Shown piece by piece: positions 10,146 through 21,060 of a stretch of DNA of 64,000 bases. The notes beneath the pieces are model-generated. The model made no database searches and was not told where the DNA came from. It saw only the letters and a list, made by a program, of their open reading frames with translations. Positions within the stretch are counted from its first letter, which is position 1; every line of letters begins with the position of its first letter. Source of the DNA: Phycisphaeraceae bacterium. GTDB taxonomy: Bacteria; Planctomycetota; Phycisphaerae; Phycisphaerales; Phycisphaeraceae. The stretch lies in NCBI GenBank assembly GCA_963674705.1, contig OY771506.1, forward strand, positions 4,768,001 through 4,832,000. The letters are read 5' to 3'. The translations under genes were made by a program, and so were the position numbers.

Positions 10146-11633
10146 TCAATCATCAGCGAGCACATCTTCCACGCGACGATCAATCAGTAACTCCACGGCA
10201 TCGACACCGTCGATTTCAAATCGCGCCTCACCAACCGCCAGATCACGCACCTCATTGATCGACCAGACACCATCACGATCGACGGCAATCCGGTACCGCC
10301 CCTTCTGATTAACCTGGCATGTAAATACGTTCGGTGAAATCTGCCGGCATACCAACGGTAGAGGTCGCCAATCCGCAGGTACTCGTGGATTTCTCGCGGC
10401 CCCTTGGACATCGTAATAAGCATTGAACTTATCTGGATATTGTTCGAGTACACCCGGACTAAACCAGATTACATGACCAGCAGAGCCAGTCTGCCGCACA
10501 TAATCCAGTTCTTTTTCGATATCAGGCCATGGATTGAACTTCTCGCCATTGTTGACCAGAACACCGGCGATGAGTTTGTCAAGCATATTCGGCATAGCCT
10601 GAACCTGCTCATCCCATGTATTCTTGAATGATATGTAGTCATATCGATAGTTCTGCGGTACGTATTCATCCATCCATCCACGCTTGGACCATTCGGGCCA
10701 ATCACAGGCATAGTGATCCAGACTCCATGGATAAACCGCGGGGCTAATAGAAACAATCAGATTTGGGCGCTTCTTCTTAAGTTCTGTGTAGAACAGTTCT
10801 GCAAATTCGGACACCTTCTTCGCACGCCACAGCACCCATGCTTTGTCGTGCTCATCATCGGGTGGCGGCGCACCATTATGCTCCATTGCATACACCTGCC
10901 TTGTGTAGGGGTCATACCCCATACTGACCGGCCAAGCGATCCGGTCGTCCAACTGCACACCGTCCAGGTCATATTTATCCACCGCTTCAAGAACGATGCC
11001 AAGTAGGAGTTTTCGGCACTCCGGCCGAAGCGGATTCATCCATACAAATGGATTCTGATCGGAAACCAATTCTCCATCGCGTGTGGTGGTCATCCAATGC
11101 GGGTACTGATTGCGCAAGTGATTGTGTGTGTCTTTGTATGCGGCCATGAAGCCGTATTCGAACCAAGCGATATAAATAAGCCCGTTACGGTGGGCCTGTA
11201 TCAAGGTTTCCTGCAGTAAATCACGCCCCTGTGAAGCATATCGATCTGGTGGATCGGATGGGTCGGCGGGCATCAAAGCGGGTCGGCGGTCCAAGCCGAT
11301 TGTTTCTTTGAGTACCTGTGAGGGGTATTGGGTGTAACCATTCTTCCAAGTCTCGACATAGACGGTGTTAAAACCGATTTGCCGTAAGCGTTGCATGGTC
11401 CTGGCTGTGTCGTCGGGGCTTGCAATCGCGTCATTGGCGGTCGTAGTCAGCCAGACCCCGCGTATCTCCTGCATTGGCGAAGTCTTGCTATCACGGAGAT
11501 CAGGATGCTTGTCTGATTGCACCTGAGCGACACATGCACAAAGCAGGAATAGGCATGAACAGACCGTTTCAGTCAGTCGCAGGAAGGGCATGCGGTGCAT
11601 ATTAACGCTGTATTTATATAGTTCCGCATTCAT
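10146..11633 (-). CDS. GHL10 (DUF187/YngK-like) glycoside hydrolase, secreted
   Basis: EIRGVWL, NTVYVETW, AWFEYG, WMNP, YDLDGVQLDD, PQNYR; hydrophobic N-terminus; true start may be downstream. Confidence 0.85.
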   Translation of the reverse strand: MNAELYKYSVNMHRMPFLRLTETVCSCLFLLCACVAQVQSDKHPDLRDSKTSPMQEIRGVWLTTTANDAIASPDDTARTMQRLRQIGFNTVYVETWKNGYTQYPSQVLKETIGLDRRPALMPADPSDPPDRYASQGRDLLQETLIQAHRNGLIYIAWFEYGFMAAYKDTHNHLRNQYPHWMTTTRDGELVSDQNPFVWMNPLRPECRKLLLGIVLEAVDKYDLDGVQLDDRIAWPVSMGYDPYTRQVYAMEHNGAPPPDDEHDKAWVLWRAKKVSEFAELFYTELKKKRPNLIVSISPAVYPWSLDHYACDWPEWSKRGWMDEYVPQNYRYDYISFKNTWDEQVQAMPNMLDKLIAGVLVNNGEKFNPWPDIEKELDYVRQTGSAGHVIWFSPGVLEQYPDKFNAYYDVQGAARNPRVPADWRPLPLVCRQISPNVFTCQVNQKGRYRIAVDRDGVWSINEVRDLAVGEARFEIDGVDAVELLIDRRVEDVLADD

Positions 11634-11788
11634 TTACCAACCCCATTGAGCTATAAGTACCGGTTTGAGCGTAAGAAGGACCTGCCTGACACCGTCTTAC
11701 AAAGCTGCCGGGTACTTTCTATCACATACTGGTGCTTTTGACAGCATATCGTCTTGCAATGTCTAAATCTAGCGATAAGATATAATAC

Positions 11789-12787
11789 ATGGCCAAATTA
11801 AGACTAGCAATTATAGGTTGTGGCATAATTGCCCGGGTGCATGCCGAAGCTATCGCCAAATCGGATCGATTAGAACTGGTAGCGGTCGTGGATCCCGTCG
11901 TCAAGAATCGTGATCATCTAGCCAAGCAGACCGGCGCCAAGGCATTTGCGAGTATCGAGACGATATGCGCCAACGAAAAGATGCGTACGCAGATCGATGC
12001 GGTGGTCATATGCACCCCCCCCTCGATCCGCATGCAGCTTGTTGAACAAGCTCTGAAAGTTGGCTGGCCAGTCCTGGTGGAAAAACCATTAGCTCATCAT
12101 GTTGAGGCCGCCCAAGCCTTGGTCCAGATCGCGCAGTTATATCCCGATACACCAGCGGCAGTGGCTTATTGCCATCGATTCACACCCGCGATTGTTGAAA
12201 TGAAGCGTCAACTGGATTGCGGTCATCTGGGAAGACTGATCCGGTTTGAGAATGTATTCGCCTGCTGGCACCCAACCATGCAGACAAGCTGGATGAGTGA
12301 TCCCAAACTCGCCGGCGGAGGTTCTTTACTAGATACCGGCAGCCATGGCGTGGACCTCTTCCACTTTTTAGTCGGCCCATCCAGAACAGACGCGGCGGTG
12401 TTCACGCACCAATGGCCCGAACGTGGTGATACAAATGCCACGCTGCTGATCCACCACGGCGAAGCGGTACCCGGTGGTACGCCTGTTGCCGGCTTCCTGG
12501 CAAGCGGCTGGGCGGAAGCGGCACGATTTATCGTCACCTTGGTTGGCACGAAGGGTTCGCTTCACTACGACTTTGAAAAACCCGAGCAGCTTCTTTTAAC
12601 ACCCAGCACTGGTGAAGCCACAACACTAGTAGTTGAAACCCACGAAACAAGGTTCCGGCATCAGCTCGAAGCCTTTGCGGACCTGATTGAAAACCCTAAT
12701 ACTGATAATAGACTGGCACGATTTGAAGATGGACTAGCTGTGTCCATGACCATTCATGACGCAATGGAACAGATTGTGGGTATATGA
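11789..12787 (+). CDS. Gfo/Idh/MocA family oxidoreductase
   Basis: GCGIIA Rossmann motif, LVEKP, GGGSLLDTGSH. Confidence 0.9.
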   Translation: MAKLRLAIIGCGIIARVHAEAIAKSDRLELVAVVDPVVKNRDHLAKQTGAKAFASIETICANEKMRTQIDAVVICTPPSIRMQLVEQALKVGWPVLVEKPLAHHVEAAQALVQIAQLYPDTPAAVAYCHRFTPAIVEMKRQLDCGHLGRLIRFENVFACWHPTMQTSWMSDPKLAGGGSLLDTGSHGVDLFHFLVGPSRTDAAVFTHQWPERGDTNATLLIHHGEAVPGGTPVAGFLASGWAEAARFIVTLVGTKGSLHYDFEKPEQLLLTPSTGEATTLVVETHETRFRHQLEAFADLIENPNTDNRLARFEDGLAVSMTIHDAMEQIVGI

Positions 12788-12821
12788 ACCATGTACGTTC
12801 ACAGCAGTAAGGATCTGAAGG

Positions 12822-13781
12822 ATGTCCGAACCAAAAACAAACGCAATCACCACAGGCCTGGTGCAAACCACCACCGACAACGCAGCACGCGAACTTCAGA
12901 TCGCCGCCATTGGCATCGACAGTTCGCACCTACCTGAATTCACCAAGCGATTCCGCAAAGAACGCGAGGCAGGCAAGACTCGTTGCCGGGTTACACAGAT
13001 GTGGACCGACGGTAACCACAAGATGCCCGCGGACGAGGTTACGAAGTGGCGCCTACAGGCCGAGTCAGAAGGCGTAGTGATGAGCGAGTCGATGGACGAG
13101 ATCCTTGACGCGGTCGATGGTGTGATGGTGTTAGCTGTTGACGGCAACCGCCACATGGAGCTTGCTCAAAAATCCCTCGAACGTGGCCTCCCCACTTACA
13201 TTGACAAACCTTTGACGTGTAATCTGAATGATGCACGTAAGGTCCTTCAACTCGCTCGTAAACACAACGCACGCTGCTATTCCGCGTCTAGCCTGCGTTT
13301 TGCCAACGAGGTGAAAGCTCTTGACCAGTTCGGACTGGGGCAACTGTACGCGATCGATGCCTACGGCCCGGGCGAGCTGAACAACGCCATGAAGGGTCTT
13401 TTCTTTTATGGCATCCATACTATCGAAATGGTGGATGCCATGTGGGGCGGTGGTATCGCCAAAGTTCGCAGCGATTCATTCGTGGACCGTGACATCGTGG
13501 AGCTGCAATACCACGATGGCCGATTCGCCCACCTGCGTATGGAGCGTAAAGGCGCATACGACTTCGGCGCAACCGTACACGGTGCAGACGCCATCCACAG
13601 CTTCAAGGTTGACTTCTCCGAGGTCTATAACCGACTGGTCGAAGGCATGACCGGGTTTTTTGAAGGCAAAGAGGCACCCGCTCGGTTGGAGAACCTTGTC
13701 GAAGCCATCGCGGTGATCGAAACTGCACATCAATCGGTAGACGCCGGTGGGGTCTGGCTCGATATGCCTAAATTGGATTAA
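12822..13781 (+). CDS. Gfo/Idh/MocA family oxidoreductase (divergent type)
   Basis: IGIDSSH, YIDKP, SASSLRF, FYGIH. Confidence 0.8.
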   Translation: MSEPKTNAITTGLVQTTTDNAARELQIAAIGIDSSHLPEFTKRFRKEREAGKTRCRVTQMWTDGNHKMPADEVTKWRLQAESEGVVMSESMDEILDAVDGVMVLAVDGNRHMELAQKSLERGLPTYIDKPLTCNLNDARKVLQLARKHNARCYSASSLRFANEVKALDQFGLGQLYAIDAYGPGELNNAMKGLFFYGIHTIEMVDAMWGGGIAKVRSDSFVDRDIVELQYHDGRFAHLRMERKGAYDFGATVHGADAIHSFKVDFSEVYNRLVEGMTGFFEGKEAPARLENLVEAIAVIETAHQSVDAGGVWLDMPKLD

Positions 13782-13828
13782 GCTAAACTGATTTGCCAAT
13801 TACGAGGCCTTCTGAACGATCCGGTGAT

Positions 13829-15472
13829 ATGGAGCGAAGCCTGAAAATCCCGGTCCTGATCCTGGGCGGCGGAACGGGTGGTGTTGCTGCGGCCATGGCG
13901 TTAGCGCGCGAGCATATCAAGTGTGCGATCGTGGAATCCACCATCTGGCTTGGCGGACAACTCACAAGCCAAGCGGTGCCGCCGGATGAGAACAAGTGGA
14001 TCGAAGGCAAAGACGGGATTATATCCGCGACGAAAAGCTATAGACAATTCCGCGCTTTAGTCCGTGATTATTACAAAACCCATTTTGACTTAGTTGACCA
14101 CGCCGCCAACGATCCGTATCTGAATCCGGGTGGCGGTTGGGTGAGTCGTCTCTGCTTCGAGCCACGCATTGGCCACCGGGTCCTGATGGACATGCTTGGC
14201 CCGTTTATGGATCGCGGTTTGATCCAGACATTCCTGCGCTGCGAACCTGTCGCCGCACAAACACTCAACGACACAGTCAGGTCTGTTACCTGCTGTAACC
14301 TTGACGACGGCGAGGAATTCACCGTTGAATCACGACTGATCCTTGAAGCGACCGAAACAGGCGACCTTTATCCCCTGGCTGATATCGAGCACAGTTACGG
14401 GGCTGAGCACCGGGACGTCTTCAACGAACTGCACGGCCGAACCGATCATACCGATCCGATGGATCAGCAAGCCATCACATGGTGTTTTGCTATGGAAAAC
14501 CGGCCCGGTGAAGATCACACAATAGCGAAGCCGAAACAGTACGATGCTTGGCGAATCTATAAGCCTGACCTGTCACCACCTTGGATCGGCCCCCTGTTTT
14601 CATGGGACATCTGCAACCACGACTTCACATCGCGAACTTTGAATATGAACCCATGGCCCGATGAGCCCAACGAGGATTGTTGGGAGCTTTGGCGTTACCG
14701 CAGGATTGTTGACCGTTCAATCCATGCCAAAGCAGACACCACCCCACCGGAGGTGACATTGTTCAATTGCGTCCAGATGGACTACTTCAAGAAGCCGTTG
14801 CTGGGTGTTTCTGAAAGTGATAAACAAACAGCGCTACGCGAGGCCCGTGAACAAAGCCTGTGCTTTTTCTATTGGATGCAAACTGAAGCGCCGCGACACG
14901 ATAATTCTGGACAAGGGTATCCGGGCTTGAAAATGCGGGGCGATGAGCTAGGCAGCGCCGATGGTTTTGCGTTAGCGCCATATATTCGTGAGCCGCGTCG
15001 CCTCGATGCCCGAACGATCATCACCGAAGCGCACGTCGGTCAGGAGCAGCGGCTAGTGGAAGGTAACAAACCCCTGAACAATGAACTTGTCGTTGCAGGC
15101 GAACCGTTTAAAGACAGTATAGGAATAGGCCATTACCCAATCGACTTACACCCTTCTACCGCGATGTGCAACAGCCTTTACATCCCGGCATCACCCTTCC
15201 GTATCCCGTTGGGTGCATTACTACCCAAACGTGTCAGTAATGTCATCGCTGCGGGTAAGGCGTTGGGAGTTACCCACATCGCGAACGGCTGCACGCGTCT
15301 GCACCCGATCGAGTGGAACATCGGTGAATCGGCCGGCACACTCGCGGCCATGTGCATCCAACATAATCTCGACCCGCATCAGGTCCACAAACGCCTCGAC
15401 CTGATCCGCGGCTTACAAGAAACACTCATCAAACGCGGCATCCCGCTTGCCTGGCCTTGGGAGGATGCGTGA
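13829..15472 (+). CDS. FAD-dependent oxidoreductase (FAD_oxidored family)
   Basis: GGGTGGVAAA, WLGGQLTSQAVP, EATETGD, PYIREPRR, YPIDLH, RLHPIEWNIGE. Confidence 0.85.
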   Translation: MERSLKIPVLILGGGTGGVAAAMALAREHIKCAIVESTIWLGGQLTSQAVPPDENKWIEGKDGIISATKSYRQFRALVRDYYKTHFDLVDHAANDPYLNPGGGWVSRLCFEPRIGHRVLMDMLGPFMDRGLIQTFLRCEPVAAQTLNDTVRSVTCCNLDDGEEFTVESRLILEATETGDLYPLADIEHSYGAEHRDVFNELHGRTDHTDPMDQQAITWCFAMENRPGEDHTIAKPKQYDAWRIYKPDLSPPWIGPLFSWDICNHDFTSRTLNMNPWPDEPNEDCWELWRYRRIVDRSIHAKADTTPPEVTLFNCVQMDYFKKPLLGVSESDKQTALREAREQSLCFFYWMQTEAPRHDNSGQGYPGLKMRGDELGSADGFALAPYIREPRRLDARTIITEAHVGQEQRLVEGNKPLNNELVVAGEPFKDSIGIGHYPIDLHPSTAMCNSLYIPASPFRIPLGALLPKRVSNVIAAGKALGVTHIANGCTRLHPIEWNIGESAGTLAAMCIQHNLDPHQVHKRLDLIRGLQETLIKRGIPLAWPWEDA

Positions 15473-16851
15473 TGCTGCGAAGATGCTCTAACATATGCCT
15501 GCTTATCATCGGTACGCTACTCACAACAGCCTGCTCAAAGCAGAGTGAAGAACAGGACATCCACATCGAGCTGTGGACCCTGGCGTTGCGCCCGACATTC
15601 ACCGAATATGTCGAAAACATGCTTGCCGACTTCGAGCAGGCGAACTCCGGCGTAAAAGTTGACTGGGTCGATGTGCCCTTCCAAGCATTAAGCCGAAAAC
15701 TCATCGCCGCTGCAGCAGCCGGACGTGCACCTGATGTCGTTAACTTTTCCGACCTGCAATTCGCAAGGTTCGATTCGCTAGGCGCGACCTACGACCTGAA
15801 CAAGCTCCTCAATAAAGACGAACAAGCGATCTACCTCGACGGCGCACTCGCCCCGGCAAGAATCGACAACCGACTCGGCGCACTGCCCTGGTACCTGAGC
15901 ACCCCTGTCCGTTTCATCAATACCGACCTGCTCAAGGAAGCCGACTGGTCCGCCGACTCTGTCGCAGACAACTGGGCCGACCTGCAATCACAAGCGCGTG
16001 ACTACCACGCTCGCACCGGCAAATTCCTCTTTTCGCATGCACTGGCGGTCGAAAGTGAATTGCCCACCATGCTCATCGCCGATGGCCGGCTGCCGTTCAA
16101 GGAAGTGGACGGCAAGTTGCAGGCCGACCTGACGCGCGACGAGGTTGTCGATTACATCACATCTTGGGTACAACTCTACCGGGACGGCGCATTACCTCGC
16201 GCTGCGGCGACATCGGGGCATGCTCATGTTGTCGAGTTATACCAGAACGGCCAGATTGCAGTAGCCGTCACCGGTGCGAACTTCCTCTCGCGTATCGCCG
16301 ATGCCTCGCCAGAGGTTTTCGAAGCAACCGAAGTTCGCCAAGCCGTCACAGGCCGACTCAATCGTGCCCATATCGCGGTGATGTTCGTCAGTGTCAGCTC
16401 TACCAGTGAACACCCGGAAGTAGCCACGGAACTCGCACAGTGGATTACCAGCCCCAAGTACCAGCTTGCGTTGTGCAAGATGGTCAATGTCATGCCTAGC
16501 ACACCCCAATTGCTCAGCGACCCACACTTCACCGCCCCACCCGCCACCGACGATCCGGCCCAGGCAAAACTTGACGAGGCACGCTCGCTCAGTGCGATCG
16601 CGTTACGCAACGCTGTTGCCTTCACGCCTTCGATCGGTTGCTGGCCTGACCTGCGCCGGACATTTGATGAAGGGATCAAGGCCGCACTGCTCGATGGCAA
16701 AGATGTGCGCGAAACACTCGGCCGTATTGAACACGAGTGGAACCGCATCCTGAATGCCCAGATCCCCGCGTCATTCGACGCTATACCGCATCCTAAGCCG
16801 ATGAAGTCCGAGGCGCGTGATATACAACCTGCAAGCGAGGTGTCGCCATGA
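15472..16851 (+). CDS. sugar ABC transporter substrate-binding lipoprotein
   Basis: Lipobox LTTAC; IELWT, APDVVN, ALPWY; directly upstream of two permeases. Confidence 0.88.
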   Translation: MLRRCSNICLLIIGTLLTTACSKQSEEQDIHIELWTLALRPTFTEYVENMLADFEQANSGVKVDWVDVPFQALSRKLIAAAAAGRAPDVVNFSDLQFARFDSLGATYDLNKLLNKDEQAIYLDGALAPARIDNRLGALPWYLSTPVRFINTDLLKEADWSADSVADNWADLQSQARDYHARTGKFLFSHALAVESELPTMLIADGRLPFKEVDGKLQADLTRDEVVDYITSWVQLYRDGALPRAAATSGHAHVVELYQNGQIAVAVTGANFLSRIADASPEVFEATEVRQAVTGRLNRAHIAVMFVSVSSTSEHPEVATELAQWITSPKYQLALCKMVNVMPSTPQLLSDPHFTAPPATDDPAQAKLDEARSLSAIALRNAVAFTPSIGCWPDLRRTFDEGIKAALLDGKDVRETLGRIEHEWNRILNAQIPASFDAIPHPKPMKSEARDIQPASEVSP

Positions 16852-17714
16852 CCCGGCTTCAACGCCTGCAGCGCACAGCCGCACCCTATCTATTCCTGTT
16901 GCCTGCCGGCTGCATCCTGGGTGTGTTTGTGCTCTGGGCGATGCTGCAAGTGTTCTTCTACTCCTTTACGCGCTATACCGCATTCCAAGGCCCGGATATC
17001 GTCGGCCTGGAGAATTACAGCAGGCTGGCTTCGGACGGGCGCTTCTGGTTCTGCCTGATAAACAGTTTCCTTTACCTGCTGGTCACGCCGGCCGTGATCG
17101 CGCTGAGCCTGCAGGCGGCATTGGTCGTACACGCATCGCTGCGCTGGGCGAAGGGTTTGCGCGTCTTACTGTTCCTGCCTGTCGTTACACCTGCGATTGT
17201 CGCGGCGGTCGCCTGGCGTTTGCTGCTAAACGAAAATGCGGGTCTGCTGAACAATGCATTGGAGCTGCTTCATCTTGGCCCGGTCTACTGGCTGAGTGAA
17301 AAACCCTTCACGTTGATCAGCGCGATGCTCGTTACTATCTGGCGAGGATTCGGTTATTACATGATGATCTTCCTGGCGGGGCTCGTCGCTGTCCCGAAGG
17401 AGCTTGAAGAAGCGGCCACGATCGACGGCGCAGGCCGCGCGGGCGTCTTGTGGAACGTCACACTCCCCGCGTTGCGACCCTTGATCTCGCTGGTCGTCAT
17501 CATCTCTTCGATCTCTGCACTCAAGGTTTTTGACGAACTGTATGTGACGATCCGCGGTGCTCCGATCTCACACCAGACGGTAGTGCCATTGATCTACGAT
17601 ACCGCTTTTGAGCGCGGCGACTACGGATACGCCAGCGCTATCGGGATCACGTTGTTCGTGGTCCTGCTGATCTTCAGCCTGATCCAGCTTCGCATCACGG
17701 AGGGTGGCAAATGA
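16848..17714 (+). CDS. carbohydrate ABC transporter permease
   Basis: PYLFLLP, VGLENY, EAA motif EEAATIDGA. Confidence 0.92.
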   Translation: MTRLQRLQRTAAPYLFLLPAGCILGVFVLWAMLQVFFYSFTRYTAFQGPDIVGLENYSRLASDGRFWFCLINSFLYLLVTPAVIALSLQAALVVHASLRWAKGLRVLLFLPVVTPAIVAAVAWRLLLNENAGLLNNALELLHLGPVYWLSEKPFTLISAMLVTIWRGFGYYMMIFLAGLVAVPKELEEAATIDGAGRAGVLWNVTLPALRPLISLVVIISSISALKVFDELYVTIRGAPISHQTVVPLIYDTAFERGDYGYASAIGITLFVVLLIFSLIQLRITEGGK

Positions 17715-18532
17715 ACCGTCGCCCGCTCTGGCTGACAATGATGATGTATCTGTTTGCGCTGCTGCTGGCGGTGGTCGCGATCGGTCCGTGCTTCTGGCTT
17801 TTCGCGGTTGCAATCTCCAGCACTGAAGTGCCGACCAACCGCATGCCGATGCCCGAGCAGATGACGATGAACAACTTCCAGGGGGTATGGTCTGAAGCCG
17901 GAATGGGACAGGCGATGTTCAATTCCGTATTAGTCACGGTTATCCAGGCTTTTTTGAATGTATTACTTGCGGCGCTGGCGGCGTATCCCTTGGCTCGCAT
18001 GGAGTTCCGTGGTCGCTCACTTATCTTCGTGCTTATCCTCTCGACACTGATGATCCCCGAACAGGTAATCGTCGTACCGCTATTCCGCACGATCGTGGCG
18101 ATGGGACTGTATGACACCTTGATCGCAGTGGTCTTGCCTTTCAGCGTCACCGCGTTCGGGATCTTTCTTTGCAGACAGTCGTTTATGTCGATCCCGAACG
18201 CTTTGGAAGAGGCGGCGAGAATCGACGGCGCCGGTCCGTGGAAAGTGTGGTGGCACGTGATGCTACCATTGGCAAAGCCGGCACTGGCCACGTTGGCGGT
18301 ATTCAGTGTGATCGGTGCCTGGTCAAATCTGCTTTGGCCTCTGATTGTGCTTCAGGAACAGCACAACTACACGTTGCCGGTGGCGATCAATCAGTTGCTA
18401 GGTGTATTCGCGACAAACATACGGTATGCGTATGCCGGTTCGGTCCTGGCGATATTACCCGTACTCGTCTTTTACCTGGCGGCTCAGCGCTGGCTCATAC
18501 GCGGGCTGTTGGCCGGCGCGGTCAAAGGCTAG
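17711..18532 (+). CDS. carbohydrate ABC transporter permease
   Basis: AAYPLAR, EEAARIDGA, C-terminal GAVKG. Confidence 0.92.
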   Translation: MNRRPLWLTMMMYLFALLLAVVAIGPCFWLFAVAISSTEVPTNRMPMPEQMTMNNFQGVWSEAGMGQAMFNSVLVTVIQAFLNVLLAALAAYPLARMEFRGRSLIFVLILSTLMIPEQVIVVPLFRTIVAMGLYDTLIAVVLPFSVTAFGIFLCRQSFMSIPNALEEAARIDGAGPWKVWWHVMLPLAKPALATLAVFSVIGAWSNLLWPLIVLQEQHNYTLPVAINQLLGVFATNIRYAYAGSVLAILPVLVFYLAAQRWLIRGLLAGAVKG

Positions 18533-18603
18533 CCATTTTACCATATGAATAGGCGGCCACGGTGGATACAAGCGGCGTTTAATTGCGTTAGAATCCTAGA
18601 ACA

Positions 18604-19692
18604 ATGAACGAATCTTCAACTCCCCAAATTGAGCCTGTAATCCCAAAGCAGGGAGAACCCTTATACGAGACCGTAAGCCGCGCAATCCTACATGCGATCG
18701 ATCGGGGTGTTTTCCAACCGTCAATGCGCATGCCAACAACCGAGGAACTAAGCCAACAGCTTTCGGTTTCACTGGTCACCACTCACAGAGCCTTGCAGAA
18801 CCTGGTGGCAGCCGGAGTACTCAAACGCGTCCGGGGTATGGGCACATTCGTCGTAGAAAATCACCAGCAGACACGCCCCCGCATCATGATCGGCCTGATT
18901 ACGCATGCCGAAGCATCCATGGGTGATTATTATCACGGTCGTGTTCTGGATGGCATGCGTCAAGCAGCCAAGGAACATCACATCGATCTGGTTCTGCTTG
19001 ATTATGGCCAAATGCCAAGAAAAGAAACCGCCGGCCTGATCCTCATCAATCCTGTACCGAAGGAATTGGACCGCACCGTCGAACAGAACGTTAAAGCGTT
19101 GCCAATCATTGTTGTTGGGACTGAATCACACCGGAAAGATGTTCCTTTTATAGATACTGATAATATTCGACTAGCTGCCGATGCGGTCGATCACATTTAT
19201 AAATTAGGACACAGACGGATCGGTTATGTCGGCGGAGGATCAGAACTCGGTGACAGTCGTGACCGACGCGCCGGATTCGTTCGCGTATGTCGACAATTAA
19301 GGATCCCATCAGAAGACATGCCCATATTGGACGTGCCCGGCTACCGCCTTCAGGAGGAGGAAACACTGAAGCTTGGCCGCATGATCAGCAATCACAATCT
19401 CACCGCCGTCTTTGCTGCGGGTTACTACTTGGCGTTAGATGTTTACCATACCGCTACTACGATGGGCCTGACCATCCCAGATGATCTCACTGTAGTGGGT
19501 GTGGATGATCCTTCCAGCGCCTCGCGATTGCTGCCTCCTCTGACAACTTTCAGTCAGCCACTGGTTCACATGGGACACGCCGCCATCGCATCAATCCGTC
19601 GTGTGTGCGACCATCCGAACGAACATATCAGCAATGAAACCTTGCTGGCTGAATTAATCATCCGCCAATCCTCGGGTACTCCAAGGCCTTGA
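18604..19692 (+). CDS. GntR wHTH + LacI-type sensor transcriptional regulator (AraR-like)
   Basis: PLYETV..RMPTTEEL..RVRGMGTFV, then LGHRRIGY, IPDDLTVVGVDD, PPLTT. Confidence 0.9.
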   Translation: MNESSTPQIEPVIPKQGEPLYETVSRAILHAIDRGVFQPSMRMPTTEELSQQLSVSLVTTHRALQNLVAAGVLKRVRGMGTFVVENHQQTRPRIMIGLITHAEASMGDYYHGRVLDGMRQAAKEHHIDLVLLDYGQMPRKETAGLILINPVPKELDRTVEQNVKALPIIVVGTESHRKDVPFIDTDNIRLAADAVDHIYKLGHRRIGYVGGGSELGDSRDRRAGFVRVCRQLRIPSEDMPILDVPGYRLQEEETLKLGRMISNHNLTAVFAAGYYLALDVYHTATTMGLTIPDDLTVVGVDDPSSASRLLPPLTTFSQPLVHMGHAAIASIRRVCDHPNEHISNETLLAELIIRQSSGTPRP

Positions 19693-19824
19693 TTGTCTGA
19701 TCTACAGCCCCATCTGCTTTTAAGCACTGACTAGCACGGTTTCTTCCAAATACAGGTCTCAAAGCGGTGTGACCATTACACATCGAACATGCCTGTTTTG
19801 CATACTTTAACGTGCCCACACCGG

Positions 19825-19836
19825 TCTTATATAAGA
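19825..19836. promoter_or_regulatory. palindrome TCTTATATAAGA, candidate operator
   Basis: Perfect 12-bp palindrome upstream of the PEP-CTERM operon; near-copy at 62590-62601. Confidence 0.45.
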
Positions 19837-20005
19837 TATATGTTTTTTTTGGCCCAATCTTGTAATTTATTGGGCCAGCAGTTATATTGTGTGTGTCAGT
19901 CAGGTTGGATGAGGCACGAATGTGTACCGTCATTTTTAAAAGCATCAGTAATACGTCTACTTTGTAGAAATTCAAATGTTTCTAATCACGAAGAGGGAGA
20001 ATGAA

Positions 20006-20911
20006 ATGAGTATGAAAACGCGAGCGTTACAGGGTATTTCGGGATTGGCAATGGTCGGGGCACTGATCTGCTCTCCGGCAAATGCAGGGCTGATCGCCAA
20101 GGATTCATATGTAATCAGCCCGAATGATTACAGCACCGGCGGATTGAATGGACAAAGTGGTGTATCCGAAATCGGGTTCACAGGAACGTGGGCCGTCAGC
20201 AGCGCCAACCTGGGCGCAGACACCTTCTCCTTAAACGGCGACTCAACCGGCAAAGGTAAATTCATAGCATCAACGGCATTCTCAGACTATGATCGCAGTG
20301 CCGAACGTATGCTGGCACCTTATGCAGCCCCGGCTAACAACACCTTCTATATGAGTCACCTGGTTAATGCTGGTGGTTTGGCTGCCGGCGGTGATGATGA
20401 ATCCAACGCGCATGCTTTCGTTGGCTTCGGCAGTTTCACAGACGGAGCTCGCCTGCGTGGCACAGCAAACTATCTACTCGGCGCTTTCGTTGGTTACGTC
20501 CCGAGTACTACTGTTCCCGGCAGTGTTGATCTGGTTATCCGATCACGCACCGGCGTCAGCAGTGTCTCCGACGTAGTCCTAGTTGCCGACGCTGTGAACG
20601 TGACCTACCAAGTAGTCATGGCGCTGGAATTCAACAACCCTGGCGACGAAATCCGCTACTGGGTTGATCCGAGCGACTTCGACAACGGTGAAGCAGGCCT
20701 GACCGCCTCCGCTGCGATCTCCGGAAGTATTGCCGGGTATCAACTCGGCGCGGTCACAGATATGGATAGACTGAACGTGGAGACTTGGGGATTCGATCAT
20801 TCCTTCTTCTGGGATGAATCAATCCTGGCAGATGATGTTGCAAGCCTGCCCGAACCGGCTTCGGCCATGTTGCTGGGCCTTGGCGCTGCAGCCATATTCC
20901 GCCGACGTTAA
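20006..20911 (+). CDS. PEP-CTERM sorting domain protein
   Basis: Signal peptide; C-terminal LPEPASAMLLGLGAAAIFRRR; GAGGGAG upstream. Confidence 0.88.
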   Translation: MSMKTRALQGISGLAMVGALICSPANAGLIAKDSYVISPNDYSTGGLNGQSGVSEIGFTGTWAVSSANLGADTFSLNGDSTGKGKFIASTAFSDYDRSAERMLAPYAAPANNTFYMSHLVNAGGLAAGGDDESNAHAFVGFGSFTDGARLRGTANYLLGAFVGYVPSTTVPGSVDLVIRSRTGVSSVSDVVLVADAVNVTYQVVMALEFNNPGDEIRYWVDPSDFDNGEAGLTASAAISGSIAGYQLGAVTDMDRLNVETWGFDHSFFWDESILADDVASLPEPASAMLLGLGAAAIFRRR

Positions 20912-21060
20912 TACCGGGCAATCTTGCCCAGCTCAAACCACGCGTCCCGTAGATTAAACGCTTCGGGACGCATTGAATGACGGACGCTGAATTGCAGTTT
21001 CAGCCTCATAGATTCGAGAGAAACAGGAACCTTGACCATAGCTTTTCCACTTGGGAGATC

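Noticed and set aside
11754..11789. Possible leaderless promoter before the first oxidoreductase gene
   Set aside because: The -35/-10 spacing is ambiguous; needs transcription start mapping.
16224..16862. Long antisense/shadow ORFs (e.g. 16224-16862, 28142-28792, 50576-51250, 55467-56204)
   Set aside because: They overlap well-supported genes, lack motifs and are expected in GC-rich coding DNA.
15472..18532. Sugar ABC transporter lacking an ATPase gene
   Set aside because: Common; carbohydrate ABC systems often share an ATPase encoded elsewhere.
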